64,000 nucleotides of DNA from Corallococcus sp. (GCA_023667435.1 JAMPAB010000003.1:3176-67175), one strand, 5' to 3'. Shown: positions 27,904 through 37,585, counted from the first letter of the stretch. Made by a program: numbers and translations. Notes: generated by a model from the letters alone, not told the origin.

Positions 27904-28232
27904 AACGTTACCTCCTTATTCTTTTCCTATACTAGTATATCATTATACCCCCCCCCGTTGTCAAGAGCGTATTTTACAAAATTCGACATTTTATGCGCTC
28001 CGCCGTAAAAACAGCCTACCTGCTTTGTTTCGTCGTTATCCGTAAATCGGAAAGCCGTCGTATCTGCAAATAACGCAGAGATTTTTAACTGCACGCACAA
28101 CATTCGTGCGGCGGCAACGGCGCGCCGCATAAATCTTACAAAGCGAACTTGCAGCGCGATTGTTTTACGTATGGAACTACTCGCGCGCAGTCAACTTTTA
28201 ATTTCGAAAACGTAATGTTTGCAATAAAAAAC

Positions 28233-28267
28233 GTACAAGTAACGCATTTAAAACGTATTACCTGTAC
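28233..28267. repeat. 35-nt palindromic intergenic element, copy 3
   Basis: GTACAAGTAACGCATTTAAAACGTATTACCTGTAC. The outer 10 bp of each arm are identical to copy 2. Confidence 0.6.
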
Positions 28268-28394
28268 ATAAATATTTAAGCTGATAGGCAATGAAGATAA
28301 GAGATCGATATGTTTCGAATTTACGACACATTCGCTTCGATGTGTAGAAACAACTATTTTATGTCGCGCGCTTACTAAACGAAGTCTGCAATAT

Positions 28395-28424
28395 AAAAAA
28401 AGTCCGCCGTATCTAATACGGCAG
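28395..28424 (-). terminator. Intrinsic terminator on the minus strand
   Basis: Minus strand reads CTGCCGTAT-TAG-ATACGGCGG (9 bp, with a U-G pair valid only on minus), then AC and TTTTTTT. Confidence 0.75.
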
Positions 28425-28430
28425 AACGAA

Positions 28431-28963
28431 TTTTTAAATACCGAAAGTCTTTCGTTGTTCTAATCGGAACAATGACGCGACGCGTTAAGACAACAGCACA
28501 GTGCGCTGTTGTTAGCCAAAGCGGTCAACGGGGTCCCCGTAAAATTGTAAATTTTATGGGGTACACTGTGCTATGCTTGCAGACCGGTGTTCGACAGAAA
28601 AAGAACAATAACCTTCGTGTTTGAGCGAACTCGGTTATTGTCGGCGTTCGACGTATTTCATTCGTCTCGGCTGTATCTGCAACGAGCTACTACTTATCTC
28701 AACAGACTAGTCAATTAAAGTTAACCTTGTTCTAAGCAGAGTGAGGGGTATCTAATTGTGTCCCATTGAGAGTGAAGCGTAGCGTAACGCCACATTTGCA
28801 GAGGGGCGAAACCGAGAAATATTCCTGCAACCTACTAGTCCATTAACGTCCACCGCTTGACAATCGGAGCGAGGGTGTTCCGTTTGCGAACATTTGGACT
28901 GAGCGCAGCGAGGGAAACCGAGAGCAAACGGAATACCCGACGCGACACCCCGATGCGACTAAC
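28431..28963. ncRNA. Candidate large structured noncoding RNA or structured dnaA 3-prime region (class unknown)
   Basis: About 530 nt with no ORF of 60 aa or more in any frame. Helices: 15 bp (28873-87/28924-38), 12 bp (28535-46/28550-61), 9+4 bp (28605-13/28633-41), and a long-range 9 bp (28497-505/28565-573). Strand cues conflict. Confidence 0.45.
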
Positions 28964-30328
28964 TTAACGATTATAAATCTTATCCCTTATATCCTTAACC
29001 TGAGACGCAGTCCTGTCGTTATTTTTACACTCTTCGCTTATTTTATCGCGCGCGTGCATAACGGTGGTGTGATCGCGACCGCCGAAATATTCGCCGATAG
29101 ATACGAGAGGAATGCTTTGCCCTAAAATGTCGCAAATAAGATATATACATATCTGACGCGGAACTACGATTTCCTTATTCTTTTTCTTGCCTATAATATC
29201 CTCGCGCTTTACGTTAAAATATTCGCAAGTCGATTTTACTATACGGTCTATCGTAATTATATCGTTAGTTGCGTCGGCATAATCGCGCAAAGCGTCGCAA
29301 ACTATATCCATATTGTTGGGATCTCCGCCGACGAGAGTGGAATAGCTTATTATTCTGTTAAGCATTCCTTCCATTTCTCTTATGTTGTTGGTTATCTTTT
29401 CGGCGATAAGACTCAAAACGTCGATTGTCAAATTATATCCTTTTGCGCCGCATTTTTTCTGAAGAATAGCTATCCTCGTTTCCAAATCGGGCGGTTGAAT
29501 ATCCGCAATAACGCCTGTTGCGAAACGCGTTTTTAACCTTTCCTCTATTTTAATTTCTTTGGGAGGGCGGTCGCTGCTGAGAATAATTTGTTTGTCCGCA
29601 AGATACAGTTCGTTAAAAGTATGGAACATTTCTTCCTGCGTTCCTTCCTTGTTTGCAAGAAACTGCACGTCGTCCATCATAAGTACGTCTACTTTGCGAT
29701 ACTTACTGCGGAAATTTTTCATCGCGTTCGGATTTGTAGTATCGTGAAGCGATTCTATAAATTCGTTTACAAACTGGTCGCAAGTGACGTACATAATTTT
29801 CTTATTGGGAAAATTGCGTTGGAGAGAATTGCCTATCGCGTGCATCAGGTGCGTTTTCCCCAGTCCTACGCCTCCCCACAAAAATACGGGATTGTATTTA
29901 GTAGCGGAGTTTTCCGCAACGGTCCTGGCTACGGCCTCTGCGTATTCGTTGCTTTTGCCTACGACGAACGTGTCGAACGTATACTGCGATACAAATACCG
30001 CCTTGTCCTCCACGATAGAAACATAATTGCTGCTTACGGGCAAATCTACTTCTTTTTGAACGTTGCCTACGTTTTCCAAATCGTCTTCCGTTATTATTTC
30101 TATATCTATAATCGACGGAAATACAAGGTTGGCGCACTTCTTTATCGTATCTTTGTAGTTGTTGTCTACGATATTCTTCAAGGCGCGCGTTTCGGCGAGC
30201 AGAATAAGTCTGTCGCGGTAAATGCCTACCGGTTGCAGTTGGTTTATGTATAGGTCGTACTGCAACGTCGAAACTTTAGCTTCCGTTTCCAATAAGATAT
30301 TGTTCCATATTTGATTTATTTTAAGCAT
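28964..30328 (-). CDS. dnaA: Chromosomal replication initiator DnaA
   Basis: Walker A LWGGVGLGKTHL, box VII/sensor regions, and C-terminal ..GGRDHTTVMHA. Start set at MLKINQIW (Trp at residue 8, as is usual). The track ORF begins 6 codons earlier at a GTG. Confidence 0.9.
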   Translation of the reverse strand: MLKINQIWNNILLETEAKVSTLQYDLYINQLQPVGIYRDRLILLAETRALKNIVDNNYKDTIKKCANLVFPSIIDIEIITEDDLENVGNVQKEVDLPVSSNYVSIVEDKAVFVSQYTFDTFVVGKSNEYAEAVARTVAENSATKYNPVFLWGGVGLGKTHLMHAIGNSLQRNFPNKKIMYVTCDQFVNEFIESLHDTTNPNAMKNFRSKYRKVDVLMMDDVQFLANKEGTQEEMFHTFNELYLADKQIILSSDRPPKEIKIEERLKTRFATGVIADIQPPDLETRIAILQKKCGAKGYNLTIDVLSLIAEKITNNIREMEGMLNRIISYSTLVGGDPNNMDIVCDALRDYADATNDIITIDRIVKSTCEYFNVKREDIIGKKKNKEIVVPRQICIYLICDILGQSIPLVSIGEYFGGRDHTTVMHARDKISEECKNNDRTASQVKDIRDKIYNR

Positions 30329-30656
30329 AGTGATAACATTATACACTTTTTAAGTTTATTTTGCAACAATACGGCAACGCAACTTTACTTTCGAAGCAAA
30401 TAATTTGCGCAAAAAACGCAATGAAATTTTTACGAATTATATTAAAAACTGTTTATAAATTTTACTTTGAGGCAACACTTAGCCATATAGCATCCGAACA
30501 TACAAATTCGCCTGCGGAATAGAATTCGCGTCATTGCGTTTCAACGGCGTATTTGACGGTTTAAGCAACGGAATGTAACGGGAACGCCGAATATATCGCG
30601 TTGCGGAAAAAGCGGCGTTCGAACGCTATAGTTAACTCAAAAAGGAGACAATGTAT

Positions 30657-31307
30657 ATGGAACTTATCGAAAGTCAAACTTATATCAATCTTGCAAAAGC
30701 GTACTCGGGCGAAACTCAGGCTCGGACGCGTTACGAATTTGTAGAATACGGTATGCGCAACGAAGGTTACGTGACAATGGCGGAAATAGTAGATACCGTC
30801 GCATACCAGGAATTCAATCACGCGCGTATGTTCTACACGTATCTGCAAAAGGCGTCGGATAAACCTATTAAAAATATCGAATACAGCGCAGGTTTTCCTT
30901 TCAAAGAAAAATGGAACGTTACCGATAACGTAAAGTTTGCCGCAGAAGACGAGCATAACGAAGCGAAAATTTACCTGTCGTTCGCAAAGACCGCGCGCAA
31001 GGAAGGCTTCGAAGATATCGCCATTTTGTTCGAGCAAACGGCGGAGGTGGAAAAAATTCACGAAAGCATATTCGTAGAATTGCACGAGCAGCTTAAAGAT
31101 GGCACTCTTTACAAACGCGACGAACCGACAACGTGGGTGTGTTCCGCTTGCGGCTATCAGGCAACAAGTAAAGAAGGATGGAAGGAATGTCCTTTATGCA
31201 AGGCAAAGCAGGGCGCTATTTTGCTTAAATTAAAAAGCATGCAGGCAATTTCGGATACGTCCTCTCTGCTTTCGCTAAAAGATACGCGTTCTTCTCAAAG
31301 AGTTTAA
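30657..31307 (+). CDS. rbr: Rubrerythrin
   Basis: Ferritin-like E-x-x-H motifs (QEFNHARMF, EKIHESIF) plus a C-terminal rubredoxin-like C-x-x-C...C-x-x-C (CSACG..CPLCK). AGGAGA is upstream. Confidence 0.8.
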   Translation: MELIESQTYINLAKAYSGETQARTRYEFVEYGMRNEGYVTMAEIVDTVAYQEFNHARMFYTYLQKASDKPIKNIEYSAGFPFKEKWNVTDNVKFAAEDEHNEAKIYLSFAKTARKEGFEDIAILFEQTAEVEKIHESIFVELHEQLKDGTLYKRDEPTTWVCSACGYQATSKEGWKECPLCKAKQGAILLKLKSMQAISDTSSLLSLKDTRSSQRV

Positions 31308-31461
31308 TTGAGAAAAATAAAATCGCCTATACAAACGGTACGTCCTAAAGTCAAACGCTTCGGGGCGTACGTTTCACAAATACAAAAAGGTTGCGTACTG
31401 TTTTCCGCAACCTTTTTCGGTTATTCGTATTTATGAACGGTAATACGCCCGTTGCAATTCG

Positions 31462-32568
31462 TCAGACTATTTGCTTTACGGGCAAAATAAAGTAGAGCAC
31501 TTCGTCGCTGTCGTAAATAGTTATAACGCAGCTGTTGTGTTGCGCAAATTCCATTTTGATGGTTTCGGCGCTTATAACCTTTAAGCAATCGTTAATATAG
31601 CGAGAGTTATACGCGCATCTGACGTCCTTACCGGAAAGAGATATCGTAACGTTTTCCTTCGCCGTTCCGTATTGACTTGTGGAAGAGATATTCATATTGT
31701 ATTCTTCTATATTCAACACTACAAGATTATTCTTTTCGCTGCGCGACATTATAGACGCCGTGTTAAGCGCTTTTTCGAACGTCTCCTTGTTTACCACCAA
31801 CGTGGATAAGAAATCTTTCGGAACTATATTGTCGTACTTAATATACTGTCCGCCCAGCAATCTGGTGTATAATTTAGTATTTTCCATAGCAACCGTAAGA
31901 TAGTTGTTTTCGATGAATACTTTAAGTACGTTGTCGCTATCCGTAAGCAATTTCGACAATTCCGACAGACTTCTGGACGGAATTGTGGCGGAAATATAAT
32001 CAACCTTTTCTTCGAGAGCCTTTTTGCTCATTGCAAAACGGTAACCGTCGGTAGCTACGGCAGACAATGTGTATTCCCTCGCCTCGAAGTGTACGCCTTT
32101 AAGCATAGGTCTGCTGTCGTCGGTAGCTACGGCGAATATTACGTTGGTAATTATATCTTTAAGGTTGATTTCCTGAACGGCGAAGTAATTGGCGCCGTTT
32201 ATATTTTCCGTTTCGGGATAATCGGAAACGTCCAAAGTGCTTATGGTACACTCGCTGTTTGCCGAGCTGATAAACAGTCTGTTGTCGTCCGTTATTTCTA
32301 ACGAGATATCGCTTCCGTTATCGGCAATATTTCGGATATATTCTCCGAATATTCTTCCCGGCACAAGCATCGCTCCGCCGACGATAACGTTTGCGTCGAT
32401 CGTTTTTTCTATTGCAAGGTCTTTATCCGTAGCGTAAAGCGTCAATCTGTCATTCTCTGCGGACATCTTGATACATTCCAAAACGGGCGCCACGTCGCGG
32501 CTGGGCAACGCTTTCGAGACTTTTGCTATGGCATCGTTTAAATCGAGACTGTTTACAATGATTTTCAT
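31462..32568 (-). CDS. dnaN: DNA polymerase III beta sliding clamp
   Basis: 368-aa ORF with the typical MKIIVNSLDLNDAIAKVSKALPSR.. N-terminus and a three-domain length. AAGGAG is upstream. Confidence 0.9.
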   Translation of the reverse strand: MKIIVNSLDLNDAIAKVSKALPSRDVAPVLECIKMSAENDRLTLYATDKDLAIEKTIDANVIVGGAMLVPGRIFGEYIRNIADNGSDISLEITDDNRLFISSANSECTISTLDVSDYPETENINGANYFAVQEINLKDIITNVIFAVATDDSRPMLKGVHFEAREYTLSAVATDGYRFAMSKKALEEKVDYISATIPSRSLSELSKLLTDSDNVLKVFIENNYLTVAMENTKLYTRLLGGQYIKYDNIVPKDFLSTLVVNKETFEKALNTASIMSRSEKNNLVVLNIEEYNMNISSTSQYGTAKENVTISLSGKDVRCAYNSRYINDCLKVISAETIKMEFAQHNSCVITIYDSDEVLYFILPVKQIV

Positions 32569-32660
32569 AAGCAACTCCTTCTATAAGCTTTTCGTGTTTG
32601 ATTTTTTCTTTTGCGTTTACAAGTAATACTCTTTCTTTTGGTAGTAGTGTTATTAGACGT

Positions 32661-32812
32661 TGTGAATATGTGGACAACCTCTTTTTAAAACCGCCGAAAT
32701 CTATATATTGTCCTAATCGAGGCGAATTTTTTCAAGATATTGTGTTATGCCACAAATAGCTTACGTGGATAACTTCCGATATTTTTCCACAGCGATTTCG
32801 TATTTATTCACA
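32661..32812. promoter_or_regulatory. Cluster of DnaA-box-like 9-mers (candidate oriC)
   Basis: TGTGAATAT 32661, TGTGGACAA 32669, CGTGGATAA 32764, TTTTCCACA 32783, TTATTCACA 32804. Each has 1-2 mismatches to TTATCCACA. An AT-rich tract follows at 32871-32895. Confidence 0.55.
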
Positions 32813-33179
32813 TTCGGATTTTGCTTTACATTCAGTCGCGCTTCGGTTGCAGTCGTTAACGACGCGCGCTGTATATATATACAATTATTTTATCACAAAC
32901 GGGCGTAAAAAGCAATGCCTGCGCCAAATAAAAACGGGAGCAATTTGCAAATAAAATGAGAAAAACAAATTTCCGTCGCAATCGGCTGCGAATGCGGGTT
33001 TATATTTTCAAAAGCGCGCCGAAAAGTTGTTGTCGGAGGGGAATATTTGTAAATGCTTGCATTATAACAGGTAAGTGTGATAAAATAAAACGACAGAGGA
33101 AAAAGCTACGCGCCCTTTAAGAGTCTGAATACTCGGGCGACAAGCTTGCTAGAACGTTTTGTTTTTAAGGAGGAATATA

Positions 33180-34058
33180 ATGAGCGTATTGATTATCGAT
33201 GCGGACGGTGAACTGTGGTATACCCGTCAGGAAGAACTTGGAGTAGATTATATAAAAATGCCTTTTTCGTACAGCGGAGAAGAGTATTATTACGATTTAG
33301 GTAAAAATACCGATTTTAAGAAATTTTACGGCGCTGTTCGCGGAGGAGAGGTTCCCAAAACGATGGCGCTTAATCCCGAAGAATATATAGATATTTTAGA
33401 ACCGTATTTTAAAAAGGGAGAAGACGTGTTGTACGTAAGCTTTTCTCACGCAATGAGCGGAACGTTCGACCATCTCGAAACGGCGCTTTGTACTCTTAAA
33501 GAAAAATATCCCGAGCGTCAATGTACCGTTTTCGATACCAAGTCCATAAGCTTGGGCGCCGGAATTCAAATGGAATATGCCGCCGAACTTAAAAATAAAG
33601 GCGCTTCCGACGAGCAGATTATAGAAGCGTTGAAAGAATTTACCGATCGGGTTGCGGTATATTTCGTAGTTGACGACCTTATGCACTTAAAGCGCGGCGG
33701 ACGCCTTTCGGGGGTTGCGGCGTTTGCAGGCACGCTGCTTTCGTTAAAGCCCGTTTTAACCATTGACGAAAAAGGCAGTCTGAAAGTATACGAAAAAATC
33801 ACAGGCAAACGCAAAGCGCTGCGAAAAATTGCCGATAAGGTTATTGCCGAACTTACAGGAACGGAATACTCGGTATATATAGTAGACGCCGACTGTCCCG
33901 ACGAAGGAGACGCTCTTGCCGAGATGATTAAGGAAAAACGTCCCGAAGCAAAAATTGTCCGTCAAATCGTAGGTCCCGTTATCGGAGCGCATTGCGGTCC
34001 GGGAACCATAGGCGTAATATTCGTAGCGGACAAGAGACCAGTCGAGCTGGAGAAATAA
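33180..34058 (+). CDS. DegV-family fatty-acid-binding protein
   Basis: 292-aa ORF with family-typical ..VSFSHAMSGTF.., ..MHLKRGGRLSG.., ..LSLKPVL... GGAGG is upstream. Confidence 0.8.
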   Translation: MSVLIIDADGELWYTRQEELGVDYIKMPFSYSGEEYYYDLGKNTDFKKFYGAVRGGEVPKTMALNPEEYIDILEPYFKKGEDVLYVSFSHAMSGTFDHLETALCTLKEKYPERQCTVFDTKSISLGAGIQMEYAAELKNKGASDEQIIEALKEFTDRVAVYFVVDDLMHLKRGGRLSGVAAFAGTLLSLKPVLTIDEKGSLKVYEKITGKRKALRKIADKVIAELTGTEYSVYIVDADCPDEGDALAEMIKEKRPEAKIVRQIVGPVIGAHCGPGTIGVIFVADKRPVELEK

Positions 34059-34062
34059 TGCT

Positions 34063-35235
34063 ATGTCAATCTCGGTAAAAGAGATATCGATTAACTCGAA
34101 AAAAGATAAGAAAAAGTTTTTTAAATTTCTTATAGATTTGTATAAAGGCAACAAGTATGCCGCTCCGAATTTATATTCGGACGAAACGGGAGAGTTCGAC
34201 CCCGAAGTGAACGACGCGTTCCGATTTTGCGAATGTCGTATGTTTTTGGCATACAGCGGAAGAAAAATCGTCGGACGTATAGCCGGCATATGGCACAAAG
34301 GCGTCAACGAAAAGAACAATTCCAAACAACTGCGGTTTACCAGATTTGACGTTATAAACGACATAGAGGTAACGAAAAGTCTGTTCCGTCCTCTTGTAGA
34401 GTGGGCAAAGCAAATCGGTATGGAAGAAATAATAGGTCCGATGAGTTTTTCCGATCTCAACGAAGAAGGAATGTTGATAGAGGGGTTCGACAGAAACAGC
34501 ACCTATCAGGAAATATACAACTATCCTTACTACGTAGAGCATATGGAACTTTTGGGCGCGCGCAAGGTGGTGGATTGGAATTGCTATCTCATCAAAGTAC
34601 CCGAACAGCGCGACGAAAGACTTGCCCGCATTGCCGATTATGTAGTAAAACGCAACGGTTACGAGGTTGCCGACGTCTATGCTCTTGCAAAACAACGGGA
34701 TAAAAAACCTCTGCGCAATTTGATGATGAAGTGCCTTAACGAAGTCATGAACGAAGCGTTCGAGGATTTGTACGGCACCAGTCCGTTAAGCGAGAAACAG
34801 CAAAAGCGCGAAGTGGATATGCTTATGCAGGTTTTCGTTCCCGAGCTTGCCTGCGCCGTATTGAAAGACGGCAAAGTAATATGTTACGGGTTGTGCATGC
34901 CGTCTATGCTTAAAGTATTGCAAAAGGGCAAGGGGCATATAGTTCCGTTCGGAATTGTTCCGTATATCCAAACAATGTCCCATCCCGAAGTTGCCGATAT
35001 GATGTCGATAGGCATTGCCAACGATCACAAAAATCTCGGCGCCGTTTCCGTAATTTTAAATCACGTGCTGGACGGTTGCATAAAACTCGGAGTGAAATAT
35101 CTGGAAACCGGTCCCGAATTGGAAGATAACCGCAACGTTCAGAATCTGTGGAAAAACTACGACCGCGCCCTCGTAAAACGTCACAGATGCTATGGCATGA
35201 ACGTAGAGGAACTCGACAAACTGCTTAACGGTTGA
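34063..35235 (+). CDS. Hypothetical protein, possibly a GNAT-like acyltransferase
   Basis: 390-aa ORF. The function call rests only on loose resemblance (..IVGRIAGIW.. and overall layout). Confidence 0.5.
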   Translation: MSISVKEISINSKKDKKKFFKFLIDLYKGNKYAAPNLYSDETGEFDPEVNDAFRFCECRMFLAYSGRKIVGRIAGIWHKGVNEKNNSKQLRFTRFDVINDIEVTKSLFRPLVEWAKQIGMEEIIGPMSFSDLNEEGMLIEGFDRNSTYQEIYNYPYYVEHMELLGARKVVDWNCYLIKVPEQRDERLARIADYVVKRNGYEVADVYALAKQRDKKPLRNLMMKCLNEVMNEAFEDLYGTSPLSEKQQKREVDMLMQVFVPELACAVLKDGKVICYGLCMPSMLKVLQKGKGHIVPFGIVPYIQTMSHPEVADMMSIGIANDHKNLGAVSVILNHVLDGCIKLGVKYLETGPELEDNRNVQNLWKNYDRALVKRHRCYGMNVEELDKLLNG

Positions 35236-35313
35236 CTTTAAGTCCGTACATACGCGGTAATTACGGTTATACGCAATCGAATAGCCTTGACGAACGAATA
35301 ACGATAAACAACA

Positions 35314-35347
35314 AACGGACCGCCTCATTGCGAGGCAGTCCGTTTTT
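35314..35347 (+). terminator. Intrinsic terminator
   Basis: Stem ACGGAC(C)GCCTC / GAGGC(A)GTCCGT followed by TTTTT. Confidence 0.8.
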
Positions 35348-35363
35348 ATGTGGTCGGTTCGAT

Positions 35364-37157
35364 TTAATCGAAGGTTTTCAACAACGTTTCGAATTCCGTC
35401 TGAGCGGCGCCCTCTACAAAGGGGTTGCATACCGCAACGTGTTCTCCGCGAGAATTAATGTAAACGTGCGTTTGCTTTCCCGTAGTAAAGTTGACGCGGG
35501 TTTCCAAACCGATATGCTCGGATTTGTTCAGCGCGCCTACGTCGTCTTGCTGCGAAGAACCGCGACGTCCGCAGATAAATCCGTTGAATTCGTAATCGGT
35601 CAGGAATCCGCTGTACGTTGCAACTGTCCCGTCCTTGTTTGTTTTGAATTGCGTGTTGTAGACGAGCTTACCTTCTTCGTTGTATTTATTGGCTTTGCCG
35701 TCGTACTTTGTCTCCTGTCCGTCAAGGAAGGGGTACAGGTCGTGTTGATGTCCGTATACGCACAGGTCGGGTTTGATTTCGTTTAAAATCTCCGTCCATT
35801 CCGCTTTTATTCCTATATTGTTTTTACGCGAATTTACAAACTGAATGGGAATGTGGCAGCACACGACGGTATATTCGCTGTTAAGATATTTGTCTTTCTT
35901 ATTTTCCGCTATATCGCGCAAAAATTCCGTTTGGTCGTTACGGTATTGCGAATAAACGTCCGTTCCGTAATATTCCCACCAACCGTCGTCGTCGTTTGCG
36001 CCTTCGGTATGATCTTCGCCCAAATCCAGCGTAATTCCGTAAACTTTACCGCCCGCAAGTTCGAAATCGTAGTAGTAATTACCGTTCTTGGATCCGACGT
36101 ATTTGTACAAATCTTCGGCATACTCTCCCTTTATTTCGTGATTTCCTCTTGCGTAGATAACGGGGAATTCTCCCTTTGTGACGTCGTTTGCAAGAAGATT
36201 TGTAAATTGCGCGTCGTATTCGCTGTCAATCATCGAGTAGGAATCGCCCAGTATTATTAAGAAGTCCATATCTTTCACGCTCGAAGCGGCGTTGACCGCT
36301 CCCTTTCTTGCTCCGTGAACGTCAGTCATAGTGTAGTATACCAGTCCGTCGTCCAAGTTTACGGGGCGGAAGTCGTATTCCTTACTGAGCACCTTTGCGC
36401 CTTTGTATCCGCCGAACGGTCCGCGATAAATCATAGTTTGCGCGCATATTTTGTAATGTTTGGCTTCGTCCAACTCTTTTTGAGGAACGGTTATTTTGTG
36501 AACGAGGTCTTTAGATTTCATACTGCCTGCATACAGGTCGTAGTATTTTTCACCGTCGATTTCCACCCACGCGATACTGTGGTCGTTGGTGGAAAATACT
36601 ATTTGGTAATCGTCTTCGACTGCGTATACTACCGCGTCGTAAGTAAAGTAGTTTGCTTTTACGTCAAACGCTACAAGCACGGTTCCCAGTACGGCGACGC
36701 TAAGCGTAACGCATTTAAGCGCAGTGCAAAGTTTGCTTTTGCCAGTTATAGGGAAAAACAGAAGGAGCGCGAACGCTACAAGACACAGAGTTATAAGCAC
36801 CGATACTCCGAACGTAGGCAGGATAAACGGCATATAGTCTATCGCGCCCAGAGCTACGACGACGATTATTCCGATTGTAAATACTCCGCTTACGGCCAGC
36901 GACGTAATAAACGGCCATTTCTTTTTGCCGCTCCACAAAAACATTGCTACTATTGCGAAAATTGCGGCAAGCCACAAAAAGATACAAATGAGCAAAGGCG
37001 TTTCCATGATGAAAAACGAACGGTTTTTATCCGCGCCGAAGGTTTTGGAAATGCCGCTCCAATTTACGCGCAGAGCCAGCCAAAACAGCGCTACGAGCAA
37101 ACTGTAAGCTACGGCAACTATTGCCAGCCAGTGTTTTTTGATTTTTTCAATAAGCAT
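35364..37157 (-). CDS. Membrane-anchored metallophosphoesterase
   Basis: 597-aa ORF with about 6 N-terminal TM segments, then ILGDSYS, ARGNHE, CCHIP and YGHQHD calcineurin-like motifs. Confidence 0.75.
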   Translation of the reverse strand: MLIEKIKKHWLAIVAVAYSLLVALFWLALRVNWSGISKTFGADKNRSFFIMETPLLICIFLWLAAIFAIVAMFLWSGKKKWPFITSLAVSGVFTIGIIVVVALGAIDYMPFILPTFGVSVLITLCLVAFALLLFFPITGKSKLCTALKCVTLSVAVLGTVLVAFDVKANYFTYDAVVYAVEDDYQIVFSTNDHSIAWVEIDGEKYYDLYAGSMKSKDLVHKITVPQKELDEAKHYKICAQTMIYRGPFGGYKGAKVLSKEYDFRPVNLDDGLVYYTMTDVHGARKGAVNAASSVKDMDFLIILGDSYSMIDSEYDAQFTNLLANDVTKGEFPVIYARGNHEIKGEYAEDLYKYVGSKNGNYYYDFELAGGKVYGITLDLGEDHTEGANDDDGWWEYYGTDVYSQYRNDQTEFLRDIAENKKDKYLNSEYTVVCCHIPIQFVNSRKNNIGIKAEWTEILNEIKPDLCVYGHQHDLYPFLDGQETKYDGKANKYNEEGKLVYNTQFKTNKDGTVATYSGFLTDYEFNGFICGRRGSSQQDDVGALNKSEHIGLETRVNFTTGKQTHVYINSRGEHVAVCNPFVEGAAQTEFETLLKTFD

Positions 37158-37551
37158 AACGTGCCTCCTATCATAGTAACCCTAATACGTAACGATTGTA
37201 TTTGCCGAATATCTTAGGATTATATAACTATTGTAACACATTCGAATATTTAAAACAATACGCAAATCAATAAAAATAAAACGTATTTATTTTTTTAGTT
37301 CTGAACGGATTGTTTACGACAAGTACGGTTGCATATTCTTTACTTATATCCCGTCTCGCAGTACGTACCCCCTGCTTTTTCCGCAATGCGCATTTTCGGT
37401 ATTCTTGTCTTATTCCGTTGCGCAAACGTACGGCAAATAACGCGGCGCATAACATCGCCGAAACCTTGCAGGTTTGTCTGCCGTACGGGTAAAGAATAAA
37501 GCGTTTGATTGATTGCGTAAAATTAAAACTAACCGACGCAGAATTCGAGTA

Positions 37552-37580
37552 TTGAAATTGCGTTAAAATTAGGATATAAT
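37552..37580 (+). promoter_or_regulatory. Promoter TTGAAA-17-TATAAT immediately upstream of module D
   Basis: TTGAAA at 37552-57, 17-nt spacer, TATAAT at 37575-80. TAACGACGT begins 7 nt later. Confidence 0.6.
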
Positions 37581-37585
37581 AAAAT

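Noticed and set aside
28431-28963. Identity as tmRNA, RNase P RNA, SRP RNA or a group II intron.
   Set aside because: No tRNA-like T-arm with CCA end and no plausible tag ORF. No GGAAAGTCC-type P4 sequence. No GNAR-tetraloop SRP domain. No domain-V-like hairpin. This check was by eye only, so a covariance-model scan is still needed.
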